Shown one piece after another: positions 8,385 to 18,625 of a DNA stretch of 43,831 nt. This DNA comes from a virus (lineage: Duplodnaviria > Caudoviricetes). Position 1 is the stretch's first letter; each line of letters opens with the position of its first letter. The DNA lies in IMG/VR virus record IMGVR_UViG_3300022930_000006, positions 1-43,831 of that record; one strand, written 5' to 3'. The notes beneath the pieces were generated by a model. It was not told the DNA's origin, did not search any database, and worked only from the letters and a program-made list of their open reading frames with translations. A program made the position numbers and the translations under genes.

Positions 8385-8837
8385 CTATTTCCCGCTTTTA
8401 ACTGTAAAGGTGTTGCTGCGTCCGCTTGACTCGAACCCATAAATATTGTATTTGTTATCAAATTTATAATAACATTCTTTTGGCAGGGAGTCTATTACAT
8501 CTCGTGGTATGATTGCTGTTGACTCTACTCTGAGGTTCTTACCAACAAACTTGTTAGTATCCTGATTGACTGGAGCATACTCCTGAGTACGTGGCCCAAT
8601 AATGCAGGTTAAGGTTCGTAAACTCTTGCCGTCTATTGAGAAGTCCTTGTCATATGTGGAGACAATCTTCACCGCATCACCCTCTGTATACTCTGTTTTA
8701 TCCGTTCGGATGGTCCAATTCTTAAGAGGGCTAACTGGGTTAATGCTGAGTGCAACCAAAGCGACAGTTAACACAAGGGCAATCACTGATGCTGCAACTC
8801 CTGCGATTATTAATCTCCTAGCTGTTTTTTCACTCAC
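8385..8837 (-). CDS. Membrane-anchored beta-sandwich protein
   Basis: N-terminal TM, two Cys residues, C-terminal SNTFTVK. Confidence 0.65.
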   Translation of the reverse strand: MSEKTARRLIIAGVAASVIALVLTVALVALSINPVSPLKNWTIRTDKTEYTEGDAVKIVSTYDKDFSIDGKSLRTLTCIIGPRTQEYAPVNQDTNKFVGKNLRVESTAIIPRDVIDSLPKECYYKFDNKYNIYGFESSGRSNTFTVKSGK

Positions 8838-9273
8838 CGCTAATACCTCCTACGCAGTACATGTTAAGGGGTTTCCAGGTAGTTTCGCCTTGAATCCTCC
8901 AGGATACAACACCATCGACACATTCCATCTCGGGGGTTCCACCATTACTACCATTGAGACCTGGCACACCTTGTGGTCCAGCAGGCCCATCTTCACCGTT
9001 TAAGCCGTTAGTACCATTGGTTCCGTTGCCACCATTTTCTCCATTACTTCCTGAAGCTCCTGATGTGCCACTTTGACCAGCAGGTCCAGGAGGACCTTGG
9101 GGACCAGGTTTACCACTTTCACCGGGACTTCCGGGTACAGTAAATGTTGTGTAATCCTTGTCGTTAGCGCTAGCGTAATAGACTACTGCTACGTTTAGAA
9201 CGATCATAGCAACAAGGATGAACACTCCAATACCCGCTAGTATAGCCGCAGTATGTTTTTTCAACCAACTCAT
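8830..9273 (-). CDS. Membrane-anchored collagen-like protein
   Basis: TM helix then a long G-X-Y run. Confidence 0.8.
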   Translation of the reverse strand: MSWLKKHTAAILAGIGVFILVAMIVLNVAVVYYASANDKDYTTFTVPGSPGESGKPGPQGPPGPAGQSGTSGASGSNGENGGNGTNGTNGLNGEDGPAGPQGVPGLNGSNGGTPEMECVDGVVSWRIQGETTWKPLNMYCVGGISGE

Positions 9274-9596
9274 GATGCCACCACTTTAAATAGGTTAGCA
9301 AATAGCTGGAAGAAGTATGTGATGATAAGGATACCGAGTGCACTACCCATCCAGATCAAGAACTTTTTCTGAGGACGGTACTCAGCATGGACTTTATCAA
9401 TAGCGGCCCTAAGCTCGTCTTTGGTAACGAGTTTGTTGTCAATCTTAGTGCCAAGACTGTTGATTAAGCCTTTGATTTCTTCACTGTCAGTCTTGCGGTT
9501 GACTTCGTTATCTTCTACCTGTTTATAGATAGCATCAACTTGCCAGTTCTTTGCGAACTCCTCTGACTCCTGGACTGTTCTTGTTCTACTTGGCAT
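9270..9596 (-). CDS. Coiled-coil protein with C-terminal TM helix
   Basis: Start MPSRTR after AGGTGA; C-terminal hydrophobic helix. Confidence 0.7.
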   Translation of the reverse strand: MPSRTRTVQESEEFAKNWQVDAIYKQVEDNEVNRKTDSEEIKGLINSLGTKIDNKLVTKDELRAAIDKVHAEYRPQKKFLIWMGSALGILIITYFFQLFANLFKVVAS

Positions 9597-9600
9597 ATCG

Positions 9601-9984
9601 TTAATCACCTATGGCCTCGATAATAATAGGGTATGTACCATCAGCACGATCAAAGTTGAGAGTAAATTGTCCAACACCGAAGGATACTAGACTGGCCGAC
9701 ACTACTCGGCGTAAAACTCCACTTGGTGAATCGTAGTGGCTGATCGCGTAAGCGTTACTCGTACGACTAATACCACCACCCAACACTGAGTGAGCGTACT
9801 GTTTGATAGTCCCATTGTTGTCCTGGGAGACGCCATATGAGAAGTGGGGGATCGTATCAGAGGCTGGCAATGTACCTTGCGAACCCATTGTGATACGAAG
9901 GATCTTAATAGTAGTGACCCCAGGAGTTAAGAACGTTTGTGTTCCGATAGATCCTTGAGTTGTGTTACCGATAAATACGTTCAT
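9601..9984 (-). CDS. Hypothetical beta-rich virion-associated protein
   Basis: Coupled to the upstream large gene. Confidence 0.65.
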   Translation of the reverse strand: MNVFIGNTTQGSIGTQTFLTPGVTTIKILRITMGSQGTLPASDTIPHFSYGVSQDNNGTIKQYAHSVLGGGISRTSNAYAISHYDSPSGVLRRVVSASLVSFGVGQFTLNFDRADGTYPIIIEAIGD

Positions 9985-12900
9985 TATTGACTCCTTGTTT
10001 TCTGACTGCTTGGTGTCAGAGTAATATATATATTGTTGCGAAGCTCGTCTTGAAGATCCTCATCAATCTGAGGGTATTTCTCAAAGAACTTGCTCATACG
10101 TTCGTTGACAGTAGCATTAAATTCAGCTGCCTTACGTTTTGCCTTTTCGGGATTGCCTTCTTTGTACAGCTTTGTAACAAGGTCATCTCGGGCACCACGT
10201 CCAACGACGTTACCAGCGGCTTGGTAGAAAGCTTTATATATCTCTTCCTCGCCACGTGGAGCTTCAGCTACTTTACGCTTATCGGCTGGGCTAAGCGCTG
10301 TGTTGTTAGATCCGTAGGTGTTAGTACCGATACCGACAAAGTTAGTCGCAGCAGTGCCGACCGTAGCAGCGGTGTTACCGCCAGTAGCCTCGTAGGTGTC
10401 CTGAGCACCTTGGATACCAAGTGGGAGGAACATACCAGCGATAACTTTCCAAGGGTCTAGTTCGTTTCCAGCAATGTCTTTACCTTCCAGCAATGTCATA
10501 CCCGTATTAACTGTAGGGGCTGTCTTATTCTGTACGAAGTCACCAAGAACGGATAAGCGAGTCGGGCCGAATGGATCTTCACCGAGGTTCTGTACGTCAC
10601 CGTTGGTGTTTGTCTTTTGGTTACTGATCTGACGAGCAGCTAATACGATGTTTTGTTGTAGACCACCCATGATGTCGAAGCGAGTATCACCAACCTTGAT
10701 CTTCATGAAGTCAGATGATCGTGGGTCAGCAGATACGTCAGCACCAGCCGCAGCCGCAGCTGATAGAACTGTACTAATAGCGGTTGTGAAACCAGCTAGG
10801 TTCTTGAGAGCCTCCTTCTTAGCTGGGCCAGATAGTTGAGCGTAGTATACAGGGTTGATTTTGTCGATGTTACTCTTCCAGAAGCGAGCGGCGAACAGTG
10901 TGTTAGATAGCGCAGGAGCAGCGGTCTCAAAGAAGCTTCGTTCTGAAATGATAGGGTCGCCACCACGTCCTCGACCAGTAGAAGTATCAATAACACGTCC
11001 GAGATCTCGTTGAGCCTTTTTACCAAGTGATTCAAGTTTCTTGACACCACCCATACCGTTAATGATTGACTTAGCAATCTCAGCGCGCATGACTGTCGCA
11101 GCACCAGTGTAGGCACGGTCAGAGGCAGCAATTACATGTCCAACACCAAGTTTCTTAGCAGCCTTGCTTTCGAGGATAAGGGCTGAGCTACCGAATACTT
11201 CGTCACTCTGTCCGTTAACACCATCAAGTGAGAGTTTCATGTTGTCGAACATCTCAGCAAATCCGTTGCCATTCTTGTCCGTTAGGGTAGCGATACGATC
11301 CATTTCTTTGGCGAAGTACTTAGGGTCTACGGCGAAGCGCAGACTTTTACCAGTTGCACGTGCCCAGATAACCGGGTGAGTTGCACCAGCGTAAGCACCT
11401 TGACGAAGGGCGAAGCTAAGGTCTCCTGTTGCAAGAAGTCCACGAGGGAGTGAAGCAATAGCAGCGCCCCACTTACCAATCTTCTCCCAAACACCTTTTT
11501 GTTCAGCCATTTCACGAAGTGCAAGGAGGGCGGCCTGCTTATCTGGACCGTCTTTCATGTTCGTAATGTCTTTAACTGCTTCATCCATCTGGTTAATAGT
11601 AGCTTCAGTAAGAGGTTTACCCTTGTCTTTAGCGACTGTCTCGGCGTGTTTGACAATGTAGCGAGGGTTAGCTTTGTAGATTGCTCCAGTAGCACGGAGT
11701 GTACGACCAGCAACACTAGCGTTACCAAGGATTTCGTCCCATACTTGACCTGATTCAGTAGCAAGTCCACGAGCATCGTAGTAACGAGCTAGCTGGTTAC
11801 CGAGTTGCATCTGTGCGTCACCGTTCTTAGCGATCAGTGTGCGGCTAAAGAAGAGTTCACGAGCTGAGTCAATGTCGTCTTTAACAAGCTTAGCAGCAGC
11901 TGGAATGAGGATGTCATCTTTATGAACATCGTGTCCTAGTGCAGTAATAGCTTTCTTAGTATCGGCTGATATGACGTCACTAGCTAGAAGGCGTTCATAG
12001 CCTGCGTTAGCGGCTGTTTCACCATTAGTTGGGTTAGTAAGCGTCTCGGCTTCAGGAGCATCGTAGTAAGCCTCTCCTTCGACTGTAGCTTTAGCACGTT
12101 CAGTTCGTGCTTTCTGGATATTCTCAGTAGCAATAGGCGTAATCTTACCAGTTTCATCGAATGATTCAGGGCTAAGATCAGTATCGAGTACGTCATTGAT
12201 CTTTTGGTTGGCTTCATCAGACGTAGCCGCTGGGTTTGCCATGCGAGTCTTTGCAGCTTCAACCTGTGTGTCGATAGAGGCGATCTCATCTTCTAGAGCT
12301 TTTGTACGGTCACGAATGGCTACAGGGTCAGGTACTTTAAGCATGCCACCTGATTGTTCGATAGAAGCTTTATCTTCCATAGTGATCTTTTCAAGGTTTT
12401 GATGAGCTTGAATACGGGCAGCAGAAGCCTCTTCGATAGCTTGCATGAGGGCAGGCGCTTCAGCGGCATCGTCAGGATAACGAGCGCCAAGATCGTCCAA
12501 TTGTTTAGTATACTTAGCGTCTACCTCTTTAATGGCAGCCTGTGCAGCTACTTCATCGACTGCACCGCTTTCTACGGCTTGGGATAATTGTTCAATTTCT
12601 TTAGTGCGGGCGTCATCAATAGCATCAGCTTTACGGTGATACGGTGATTTGACCATAATGTCATTGTATTGGTCGATTTGCTTCTCAGCATCAGCAACCA
12701 TTTTGGCGGCTTCACTTTGTGCAGCAACGCGTTCAGGTGATTGAACTTGCTCTTCCGCTTTGGTAAGACCCTCTGATTTAGTTTCACGAACAAGGCCATT
12801 CTCTTCAAGGTACTTGCCGTCCATATTATTGATCTGTTCGATCTCATCAGCGATAGCTTGACGTCGATCGGTATAGAAGGCCTCAGTTGGTTCTGACGCT

Positions 12901-13727
12901 AGTTTCTGTATAGGAGCTTCTTCGGCTACCTTTGCAGCATCTTTGATCTTCTTGCCATCTTTAGCGGCGTTGACAAACTTGTTACCAGCAGCGAGTCCCC
13001 CAGTGAGTGACCCGGCGACGTCGATAGCAGCAAATGCACCTTCTGATTGATTAGGTGCGGCACCAGTCTGCTCAGTAGCAACCTTAATAGATTCCTTACC
13101 AGAGGCGATCTTATCAGTAATACGTTTGCGAGCAGCATCAGCCTCTTCACGTGTCATTTGTCCTGAGTTCTCAGCGTCATCAATAAACTTCTGGTAGTTC
13201 TTACCAAGCTCTTCATCAACTACTGTATTACCTTCACGGCGTTGTAGGATGTTTGAGTTAGCGACCTGTTGGCCAAGAGTCCTTGGTGAGTCTAGGGCGA
13301 AGTCTACAGCAGCCTTACCGCCCTCTAATAGTGTCGGTGCACGTAGCGCTTCAGCTGCTTGTTGTTTGATAACTTCAGCTTGGCCCTGGTCAATTTTGCC
13401 TTCTTTTAGGTCAGCATCTACTTTGGCGTTACCCTCAGCTAATTTCTTTTCATTCTCATCCTGTTTCCAAGGAGTGGCTTTGAAGGCGTTATCGTTAATA
13501 AAGCCAAGTGCTCCGCCGACTACATTGCCAACATTCTTAGCGGCATCAGCAAAGAAGTTATTCTTGTCAGCCTCGGGATTAGCAGTTGATGCCATTTGAG
13601 CTTGTTCGAGTGCAAATTGTTCTTCTTCACGTTTCTTAAGACCACTAGAGAAAGCTTTAGCACGAGTTTCGATAGCCTTGAAAGAGCCAGTGTCTTTCCC
13701 GGTGTAACCTCGGTAAGTATCAGCCAT
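9984..13727 (-). CDS. Large internal virion (ejection) protein
   Basis: 1247 aa, Ala-rich and helical; position typical of podovirus DNA-ejection proteins. Confidence 0.65.
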   Translation of the reverse strand: MADTYRGYTGKDTGSFKAIETRAKAFSSGLKKREEEQFALEQAQMASTANPEADKNNFFADAAKNVGNVVGGALGFINDNAFKATPWKQDENEKKLAEGNAKVDADLKEGKIDQGQAEVIKQQAAEALRAPTLLEGGKAAVDFALDSPRTLGQQVANSNILQRREGNTVVDEELGKNYQKFIDDAENSGQMTREEADAARKRITDKIASGKESIKVATEQTGAAPNQSEGAFAAIDVAGSLTGGLAAGNKFVNAAKDGKKIKDAAKVAEEAPIQKLASEPTEAFYTDRRQAIADEIEQINNMDGKYLEENGLVRETKSEGLTKAEEQVQSPERVAAQSEAAKMVADAEKQIDQYNDIMVKSPYHRKADAIDDARTKEIEQLSQAVESGAVDEVAAQAAIKEVDAKYTKQLDDLGARYPDDAAEAPALMQAIEEASAARIQAHQNLEKITMEDKASIEQSGGMLKVPDPVAIRDRTKALEDEIASIDTQVEAAKTRMANPAATSDEANQKINDVLDTDLSPESFDETGKITPIATENIQKARTERAKATVEGEAYYDAPEAETLTNPTNGETAANAGYERLLASDVISADTKKAITALGHDVHKDDILIPAAAKLVKDDIDSARELFFSRTLIAKNGDAQMQLGNQLARYYDARGLATESGQVWDEILGNASVAGRTLRATGAIYKANPRYIVKHAETVAKDKGKPLTEATINQMDEAVKDITNMKDGPDKQAALLALREMAEQKGVWEKIGKWGAAIASLPRGLLATGDLSFALRQGAYAGATHPVIWARATGKSLRFAVDPKYFAKEMDRIATLTDKNGNGFAEMFDNMKLSLDGVNGQSDEVFGSSALILESKAAKKLGVGHVIAASDRAYTGAATVMRAEIAKSIINGMGGVKKLESLGKKAQRDLGRVIDTSTGRGRGGDPIISERSFFETAAPALSNTLFAARFWKSNIDKINPVYYAQLSGPAKKEALKNLAGFTTAISTVLSAAAAAGADVSADPRSSDFMKIKVGDTRFDIMGGLQQNIVLAARQISNQKTNTNGDVQNLGEDPFGPTRLSVLGDFVQNKTAPTVNTGMTLLEGKDIAGNELDPWKVIAGMFLPLGIQGAQDTYEATGGNTAATVGTAATNFVGIGTNTYGSNNTALSPADKRKVAEAPRGEEEIYKAFYQAAGNVVGRGARDDLVTKLYKEGNPEKAKRKAAEFNATVNERMSKFFEKYPQIDEDLQDELRNNIYITLTPSSQKTRSQ

Positions 13728-13729
13728 GA

Positions 13730-14392
13730 TTAGAAACCGTAGTATTGTTTACGGAAGCTATACACTTCCTTTGCGGCGTCTTGGATTGTCTTACCGTACG
13801 CAGCAGCATATTGGTTAAGGACGTTCTTCTCTGTGTAACCAGCTTTACGCCAGTCGTCCGTGCCGTTTTCAAAGGCTCCGACAAGGTATTGCTGAGCGGT
13901 TGGGCCAGCAGGTGCAGCGGCAGCACGACTTGCAGCAGCTTGTGCTGAACGGTTGAGTGCATTTTGTTGTGCCTCGAATTGTCGTTGTGCTTCTTGAGCA
14001 AGGTACTGATCGAGAGAGCTTTGTTGTGTCTGACGAATCTGCATCGCTTGGTTAGACTTAGTAAGGTTAAGATCAGCAAGTGCTTGATCAAGCTGTAGTT
14101 CATCTGAGTTTTGTGAAGCGTTAGCAGCTTGCAACCCTGGAAGATAGTTTGTAGAGAGGTAATTAGCCTGTTCATCAAGAGGAATACCACTGAATGATAG
14201 CCCACGGTTCGTTGCTTGGTTGTTGATCGTATTGAAGCCTTGAACACGAGAGCCTTCAAGAGCCGATCGCTGTGCATCGTATTTAGGTGCAATGCCAGCT
14301 TTGCGCTGGGCTAGTACATCGGTAGACTGCTGAAAGGCGGGGTTTAGCTCAGCAATAATCTGATCTAGGCCTTGTACTGCGGGGGCTGCCAT
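13730..14392 (-). CDS. Internal virion (ejection) protein
   Basis: Q/A-rich helical protein with a NRGLSFSG motif; precedes the large ejection protein. Confidence 0.6.
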   Translation of the reverse strand: MAAPAVQGLDQIIAELNPAFQQSTDVLAQRKAGIAPKYDAQRSALEGSRVQGFNTINNQATNRGLSFSGIPLDEQANYLSTNYLPGLQAANASQNSDELQLDQALADLNLTKSNQAMQIRQTQQSSLDQYLAQEAQRQFEAQQNALNRSAQAAASRAAAAPAGPTAQQYLVGAFENGTDDWRKAGYTEKNVLNQYAAAYGKTIQDAAKEVYSFRKQYYGF

Positions 14393-14426
14393 TAGTGTTA
14401 ATTTACTCCAATAGGTTTATAAACAT

Positions 14427-14455
14427 ACTATATCCTATGTTTGCCAATACGGCAA
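14427..14455 (-). promoter_or_regulatory. Sigma70-like promoter for the ejection-protein genes
   Basis: TTGCCG-17-TATAGT on the minus strand. Confidence 0.55.
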
Positions 14456-14458
14456 GCA

Positions 14459-14800
14459 CTACGGGATAATAATAGTCAGAGTGTAGTTGAAGGTCAGCGC
14501 AGGAGCTGGAGATGAGGCCGCAGCCGAGAAAGCACGGACATAAACGTTGGTTGCATCCCACGTGACAGTCAATCCACGAACAGTTGTCGCAAACGGTGTT
14601 GTTGCTAAAAAGTTACCCGTGTCAGTAGGGAAGTTTGAGATACAACTGATAAGAATATTATCGTCCCCGTAACCGTGAGGGATCGTGTTTGTGGCGTTCA
14701 CGCTGCTGGAAGTACCTGGTAAGTTAATCGTTCCAGTATACTGCTCTACGACTTTCAGTGTTGAGGTCGAATCTTTGAGGATAACTTTAGTGAGGTCCAT
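14459..14800 (-). CDS. Small tail-associated protein
   Basis: Beta-rich; TIPHGYG motif; coupled gene string. Confidence 0.6.
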   Translation of the reverse strand: MDLTKVILKDSTSTLKVVEQYTGTINLPGTSSSVNATNTIPHGYGDDNILISCISNFPTDTGNFLATTPFATTVRGLTVTWDATNVYVRAFSAAASSPAPALTFNYTLTIIIP

Positions 14801-15141
14801 TATGCTACCGTCCTGTCGTAAATGTGATAGTGAACTGTATACGGGAAGGGGCGGTTATTACCGTCTGAGAAGATACGGATATTATTACTATCGCTTCCCA
14901 CGTACAGGTTAGAGTTGGCCTCTACTTCATTCATCATACCTTGAGTGTCAACGAAGAATCGTACATACGGAGGGCGAGAAACAACACTGGCGGGGATGGC
15001 TAGGGTAGCGTCGATCTGATAGACGGTACCAAGGATGTCAGTAAAGGGCGTAGCTGTTACCGAACCATGAAACACTTCATGAAGATACGAGAATCCTGAA
15101 TAAAAGGACGTGAACTTATACTGTGATTTAGGTACTGTCAT
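14800..15141 (-). CDS. Small tail-associated protein
   Basis: Resembles 15141-15452 (FYSG near N-terminus, C-terminal Y.I). Confidence 0.6.
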   Translation of the reverse strand: MTVPKSQYKFTSFYSGFSYLHEVFHGSVTATPFTDILGTVYQIDATLAIPASVVSRPPYVRFFVDTQGMMNEVEANSNLYVGSDSNNIRIFSDGNNRPFPYTVHYHIYDRTVA

Positions 15142-15452
15142 TATGCGTTACTCGCCGTATTAAGAATGTAGTAACGGATTGTCCAGTTAGTTGCCGGGAA
15201 GACCTGAGAGTTAACATATAGCTTGTTAGAAGTAATAGAAGCTCTCAATCGGTTGCCTGATTGCTCCCAGACACTAGAACCAGCTTGCTTAGCCGCCACG
15301 ATGAACTTCGGTGGGAACGTCAGGTTTAAGTCAGTGAAGTCTACTACCTGGGTGTTGCTCGCTGTGACAGCAAGTGTTACTTCAGCAGACCTAAAGAGCT
15401 GGTCGATGTTCCAGCCTGAGTAGAAGAGAGTATTAGTACCATCTATAGCCAT
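15141..15452 (-). CDS. Small tail-associated protein
   Basis: LFYSGWNID...IRYYI; TAATG coupling. Confidence 0.6.
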   Translation of the reverse strand: MAIDGTNTLFYSGWNIDQLFRSAEVTLAVTASNTQVVDFTDLNLTFPPKFIVAAKQAGSSVWEQSGNRLRASITSNKLYVNSQVFPATNWTIRYYILNTASNA

Positions 15453-15673
15453 TACGAATCAAAGAGCGTATTAACGTCTACTCCTGGTTTACTAATGATG
15501 AACCCGTAGGTATTGTCGGGGAGCTTCCCAAGGATGATACGGTTTACGCCGTCTTGATCTTTGAACGTTTGAGATACGTTAACATTCTCAAGCAGCGCAA
15601 AGTTCTGGTTCAACGCCATCATTAACTGGTCCTGACTCATGGAAGGAGTGAAGCGAATTGTTGATAGTGACAT
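15452..15673 (-). CDS. Small tail-associated protein
   Basis: NRIILGKLPDNTYGFIISKPGVDV, a motif typical of tail proteins. Confidence 0.6.
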   Translation of the reverse strand: MSLSTIRFTPSMSQDQLMMALNQNFALLENVNVSQTFKDQDGVNRIILGKLPDNTYGFIISKPGVDVNTLFDS

Positions 15674-15685
15674 GAGTTATCCCCT

Positions 15686-16186
15686 TTAAGCTATTACTGA
15701 ATAGTACGCTGTGACTGATGAACTGGTAGAGGATGTAGTCGTACCCACAACGTTAATGCTCGTATCTGTTCCGAACGATTCTTCTGTGAATCGAATTGAA
15801 CCTGAACTGTTGTAAGTAAATGTAGCATCGAATCCAAGCATAGCGTTGTAGTTTGCTATACCGACAGGGAGTGGCGAAGAGAGGGCCGTAACGAAAGCAG
15901 GGCCGTTGAATCCACTGAGAGTCGTCGTCACCTTTTTCTTATACATTTTGAATGTACCCATATCGAATACTGTCCACCCATTGGCGTCTTGAGTTACACC
16001 TGGAGCGAGCTTTGTTGATGTCACTGATGACGAGGCAAGCTTGCCTGATGTTACGGCACTATCTAAAAGGTTCTGAGCGTCGATGTTTCCGTTGACTACC
16101 TGCGAGACCTGAGTGAACCGAATGTTAAGATCGTTCGCATCGGCTGCTGTGTCGTCCTGGACATCTGTAATGTTTAGTAATGTCAT
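15686..16186 (-). CDS. Tail fibre-like protein
   Basis: Start MTLLNI after AAGGA; AVTSGKLA/SVTSTKLA repeats. Confidence 0.65.
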   Translation of the reverse strand: MTLLNITDVQDDTAADANDLNIRFTQVSQVVNGNIDAQNLLDSAVTSGKLASSSVTSTKLAPGVTQDANGWTVFDMGTFKMYKKKVTTTLSGFNGPAFVTALSSPLPVGIANYNAMLGFDATFTYNSSGSIRFTEESFGTDTSINVVGTTTSSTSSSVTAYYSVIA

Positions 16187-16196
16187 GTTAAATTCC

Positions 16197-18623
16197 TTAT
16201 AGCCTCTTGGCTTTATAACTATATTGTACACCGAAGAAGAACACTGGGTTGTTCACTCCTCGTCGGGATAGGCGCATCTGCCAGTAGTAGGCAAATCCTG
16301 GGAATCGCAACTTACGTGGCTTAAAGCCTGTTGCACCACCCCAGAGAGTGCCATCTCCCCAGTTGAAGCTACCCCATTGTGCAGCTCCACCTGCTAGCAT
16401 GATCTCGTTTTGAACAGGACTATCTGACTGGTCCTTGTCCATGTCCACGCTCACTAGGAACTCTTGTCCAATTGATTGGATGAGCGGGAAGTACTTAAGC
16501 AGACGCTTCTTCTGAGCTGGACCCCCGAGGGAGTCGTACTTGGTCCAGTAAGCAAAGTCTATAGCTTTACCGAGTGAGCTGTAGTTTTGTTCAGCGTTCT
16601 GGATTGATCCAACAAACGAGCTTGATTCAATGAGGCGGCCGTCATCATTATTGTCAGTGAAGGCAACAGCGCGGTTAACATATACTTCGGTATCATGCTG
16701 CCACTCTTCGTAATCATTGTGATAAAGAAGCGCTTCACTGTTGTAGCTCATACCGCCTACTGAGTAATAGAAACGAATTTGACGATTCCACTTGGCCAGC
16801 GTGGCGTTCTCTTTATTAGTCATCCGGCGGAACTCAGACTGGATCTTTTCAGAGATTAACTTGTCGCCTGACCCGTTGTGAAGGAATAGCCCATTGCGCG
16901 AGATAAAGAAGATGTTGTTCTCATCAGATAGAATACCCTGTTGGGATACTGCACCTTCGCTACCAATAGCCTCGCGGAGTGTGTACGAACCACGGTCGCT
17001 ACCGTAAAGGTCATACTTTTTATTTGTTGTGAAGATCTTGAGTACATCCTGGAACGGTTCGATACCAACAATAGGCTGGCCAAAACGAGGAGCTGGCACA
17101 TAGATGAACGAAACAGACAGCCACGCGTAGTACCACTGTGCAGTCACAGCAGCGTTGCTTGGATTGCCGGGGTTCTCTGAGAAGACTAGTTTGTTACGGT
17201 CACTTGCACTTACGCCAGCAAGTCGGTCTTTGTGCATCTTAATAGTAAAGAGAATTGGAAGGTTGCCGTTAACGATCTTCTCGATACCAGTCTCTTTAAT
17301 TGATACATCGTCAAGTGTGAAGTTAGCAGAGGTAGATCCGATTGTTATCGAAGTCCCAGCGACGGCAGGAGCATAGCTATAGCTCACAAGCTGCCATGCG
17401 CCTGTGGTGGTAACTGGTGTACCGATGTTAACGTTAGGACCTGTCATGTAGGCGTAGATATCATTACCAGCTGTGGCTTTAACCCAGAAGCTGACGGTTA
17501 CTTCTTTGAACTGAGTGAAGGTTACGTTCTGTACGGCGCTACGGATACCTGAAGTAGCAGCAACGCTAAGACTAGCGACTCCTGAGTGGAAGTCCCCGGT
17601 TGTTCGTGAGATCGTATTACCTGAACCACCAGCACTTGACCATCCAGCGGTATTAACTTCAAAAGTACCGTTACTAATCTTCTCGGCATTAGTTGCGGTT
17701 GTAGTACCGTTCCAGGTGGTAAGAGGGTCGAATCCGTTGACCCAGAACACCTTGCCATCGCCTGACGTAAAGTTATAGTTCACTGCTTGGTTGCTAAGTC
17801 CTGTGATAATAGGAGCGTAAGTACCGTTTGTGTCGTTTACTGCATACATTGTCTGATCGAATACTACGAGGGTCTTGTTGATACCATCTTGAGGGGTAAA
17901 GCGAAACATCCCCTTATCCTTCTTACTGCTAGCGATGTAAGTCTTGAAGTTTAAGGAGTACGTTGTTGGCATAAGACCACCAAGACCAGCGCTCGATAGG
18001 AGTGATAGAGCTGAAGAAGTATTGGTTGCCACTTGGTAACCGTCACCACCATCGTCTTGAACTTTTAGTACAATCCAATATTTTGTAGATGCTGTCAAGT
18101 TAGGAGCTTCGATGAATCGAGCTGAAACATATGAGTACGTATCAAGGATAGCAGCTGACGCAAGTGAGCTATCCGCAATCTTGTCACCTGGCTTGTTGGA
18201 ATTATCATTATAGATCTCAACAATAACTGGTCCACTTCCTGTGCCTTTGCGGATATTAATCTCTAGCTTTGTCAGGCGTGATGTAACAGTCGGAGTAAAC
18301 GGCATAGCTCGCCAGTTCATAATAATACCGACACTTCCAGCCGCTTGGCCAGTTGTACTTACATTCGATACGTTAGTTGCCTCATCAATAGGATTGGCGT
18401 ATTCACCTGGTCCCTTGCGACTTGATACAGAAATCTGACGACCATCTTCGTTATCAGCGTACAGGCGAAAGTTCTTAGCAAAAGGAGTACGGCCTTTTTC
18501 AATAAGGTCATACGGTGAAGTTGTATCTAGCCCACGAAAATCAAACTGAGTCTCGGTTGGGTTATTACGAGTAGACGGCACCGCTGTTGTCCTCGGAGCT
18601 GAGAACTTACTACGCCCAGGCAT
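16197..18623 (-). CDS. Tail nozzle (tubular protein B-like) with inserted beta-sandwich domains
   Basis: FDFRGLD N-terminus; propeller-type repeats; WTKYDSLGGPAQKKR C-terminal region; follows the adaptor. Confidence 0.75.
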   Translation of the reverse strand: MPGRSKFSAPRTTAVPSTRNNPTETQFDFRGLDTTSPYDLIEKGRTPFAKNFRLYADNEDGRQISVSSRKGPGEYANPIDEATNVSNVSTTGQAAGSVGIIMNWRAMPFTPTVTSRLTKLEINIRKGTGSGPVIVEIYNDNSNKPGDKIADSSLASAAILDTYSYVSARFIEAPNLTASTKYWIVLKVQDDGGDGYQVATNTSSALSLLSSAGLGGLMPTTYSLNFKTYIASSKKDKGMFRFTPQDGINKTLVVFDQTMYAVNDTNGTYAPIITGLSNQAVNYNFTSGDGKVFWVNGFDPLTTWNGTTTATNAEKISNGTFEVNTAGWSSAGGSGNTISRTTGDFHSGVASLSVAATSGIRSAVQNVTFTQFKEVTVSFWVKATAGNDIYAYMTGPNVNIGTPVTTTGAWQLVSYSYAPAVAGTSITIGSTSANFTLDDVSIKETGIEKIVNGNLPILFTIKMHKDRLAGVSASDRNKLVFSENPGNPSNAAVTAQWYYAWLSVSFIYVPAPRFGQPIVGIEPFQDVLKIFTTNKKYDLYGSDRGSYTLREAIGSEGAVSQQGILSDENNIFFISRNGLFLHNGSGDKLISEKIQSEFRRMTNKENATLAKWNRQIRFYYSVGGMSYNSEALLYHNDYEEWQHDTEVYVNRAVAFTDNNDDGRLIESSSFVGSIQNAEQNYSSLGKAIDFAYWTKYDSLGGPAQKKRLLKYFPLIQSIGQEFLVSVDMDKDQSDSPVQNEIMLAGGAAQWGSFNWGDGTLWGGATGFKPRKLRFPGFAYYWQMRLSRRGVNNPVFFFGVQYSYKAKRL

Positions 18624-18625
18624 TG

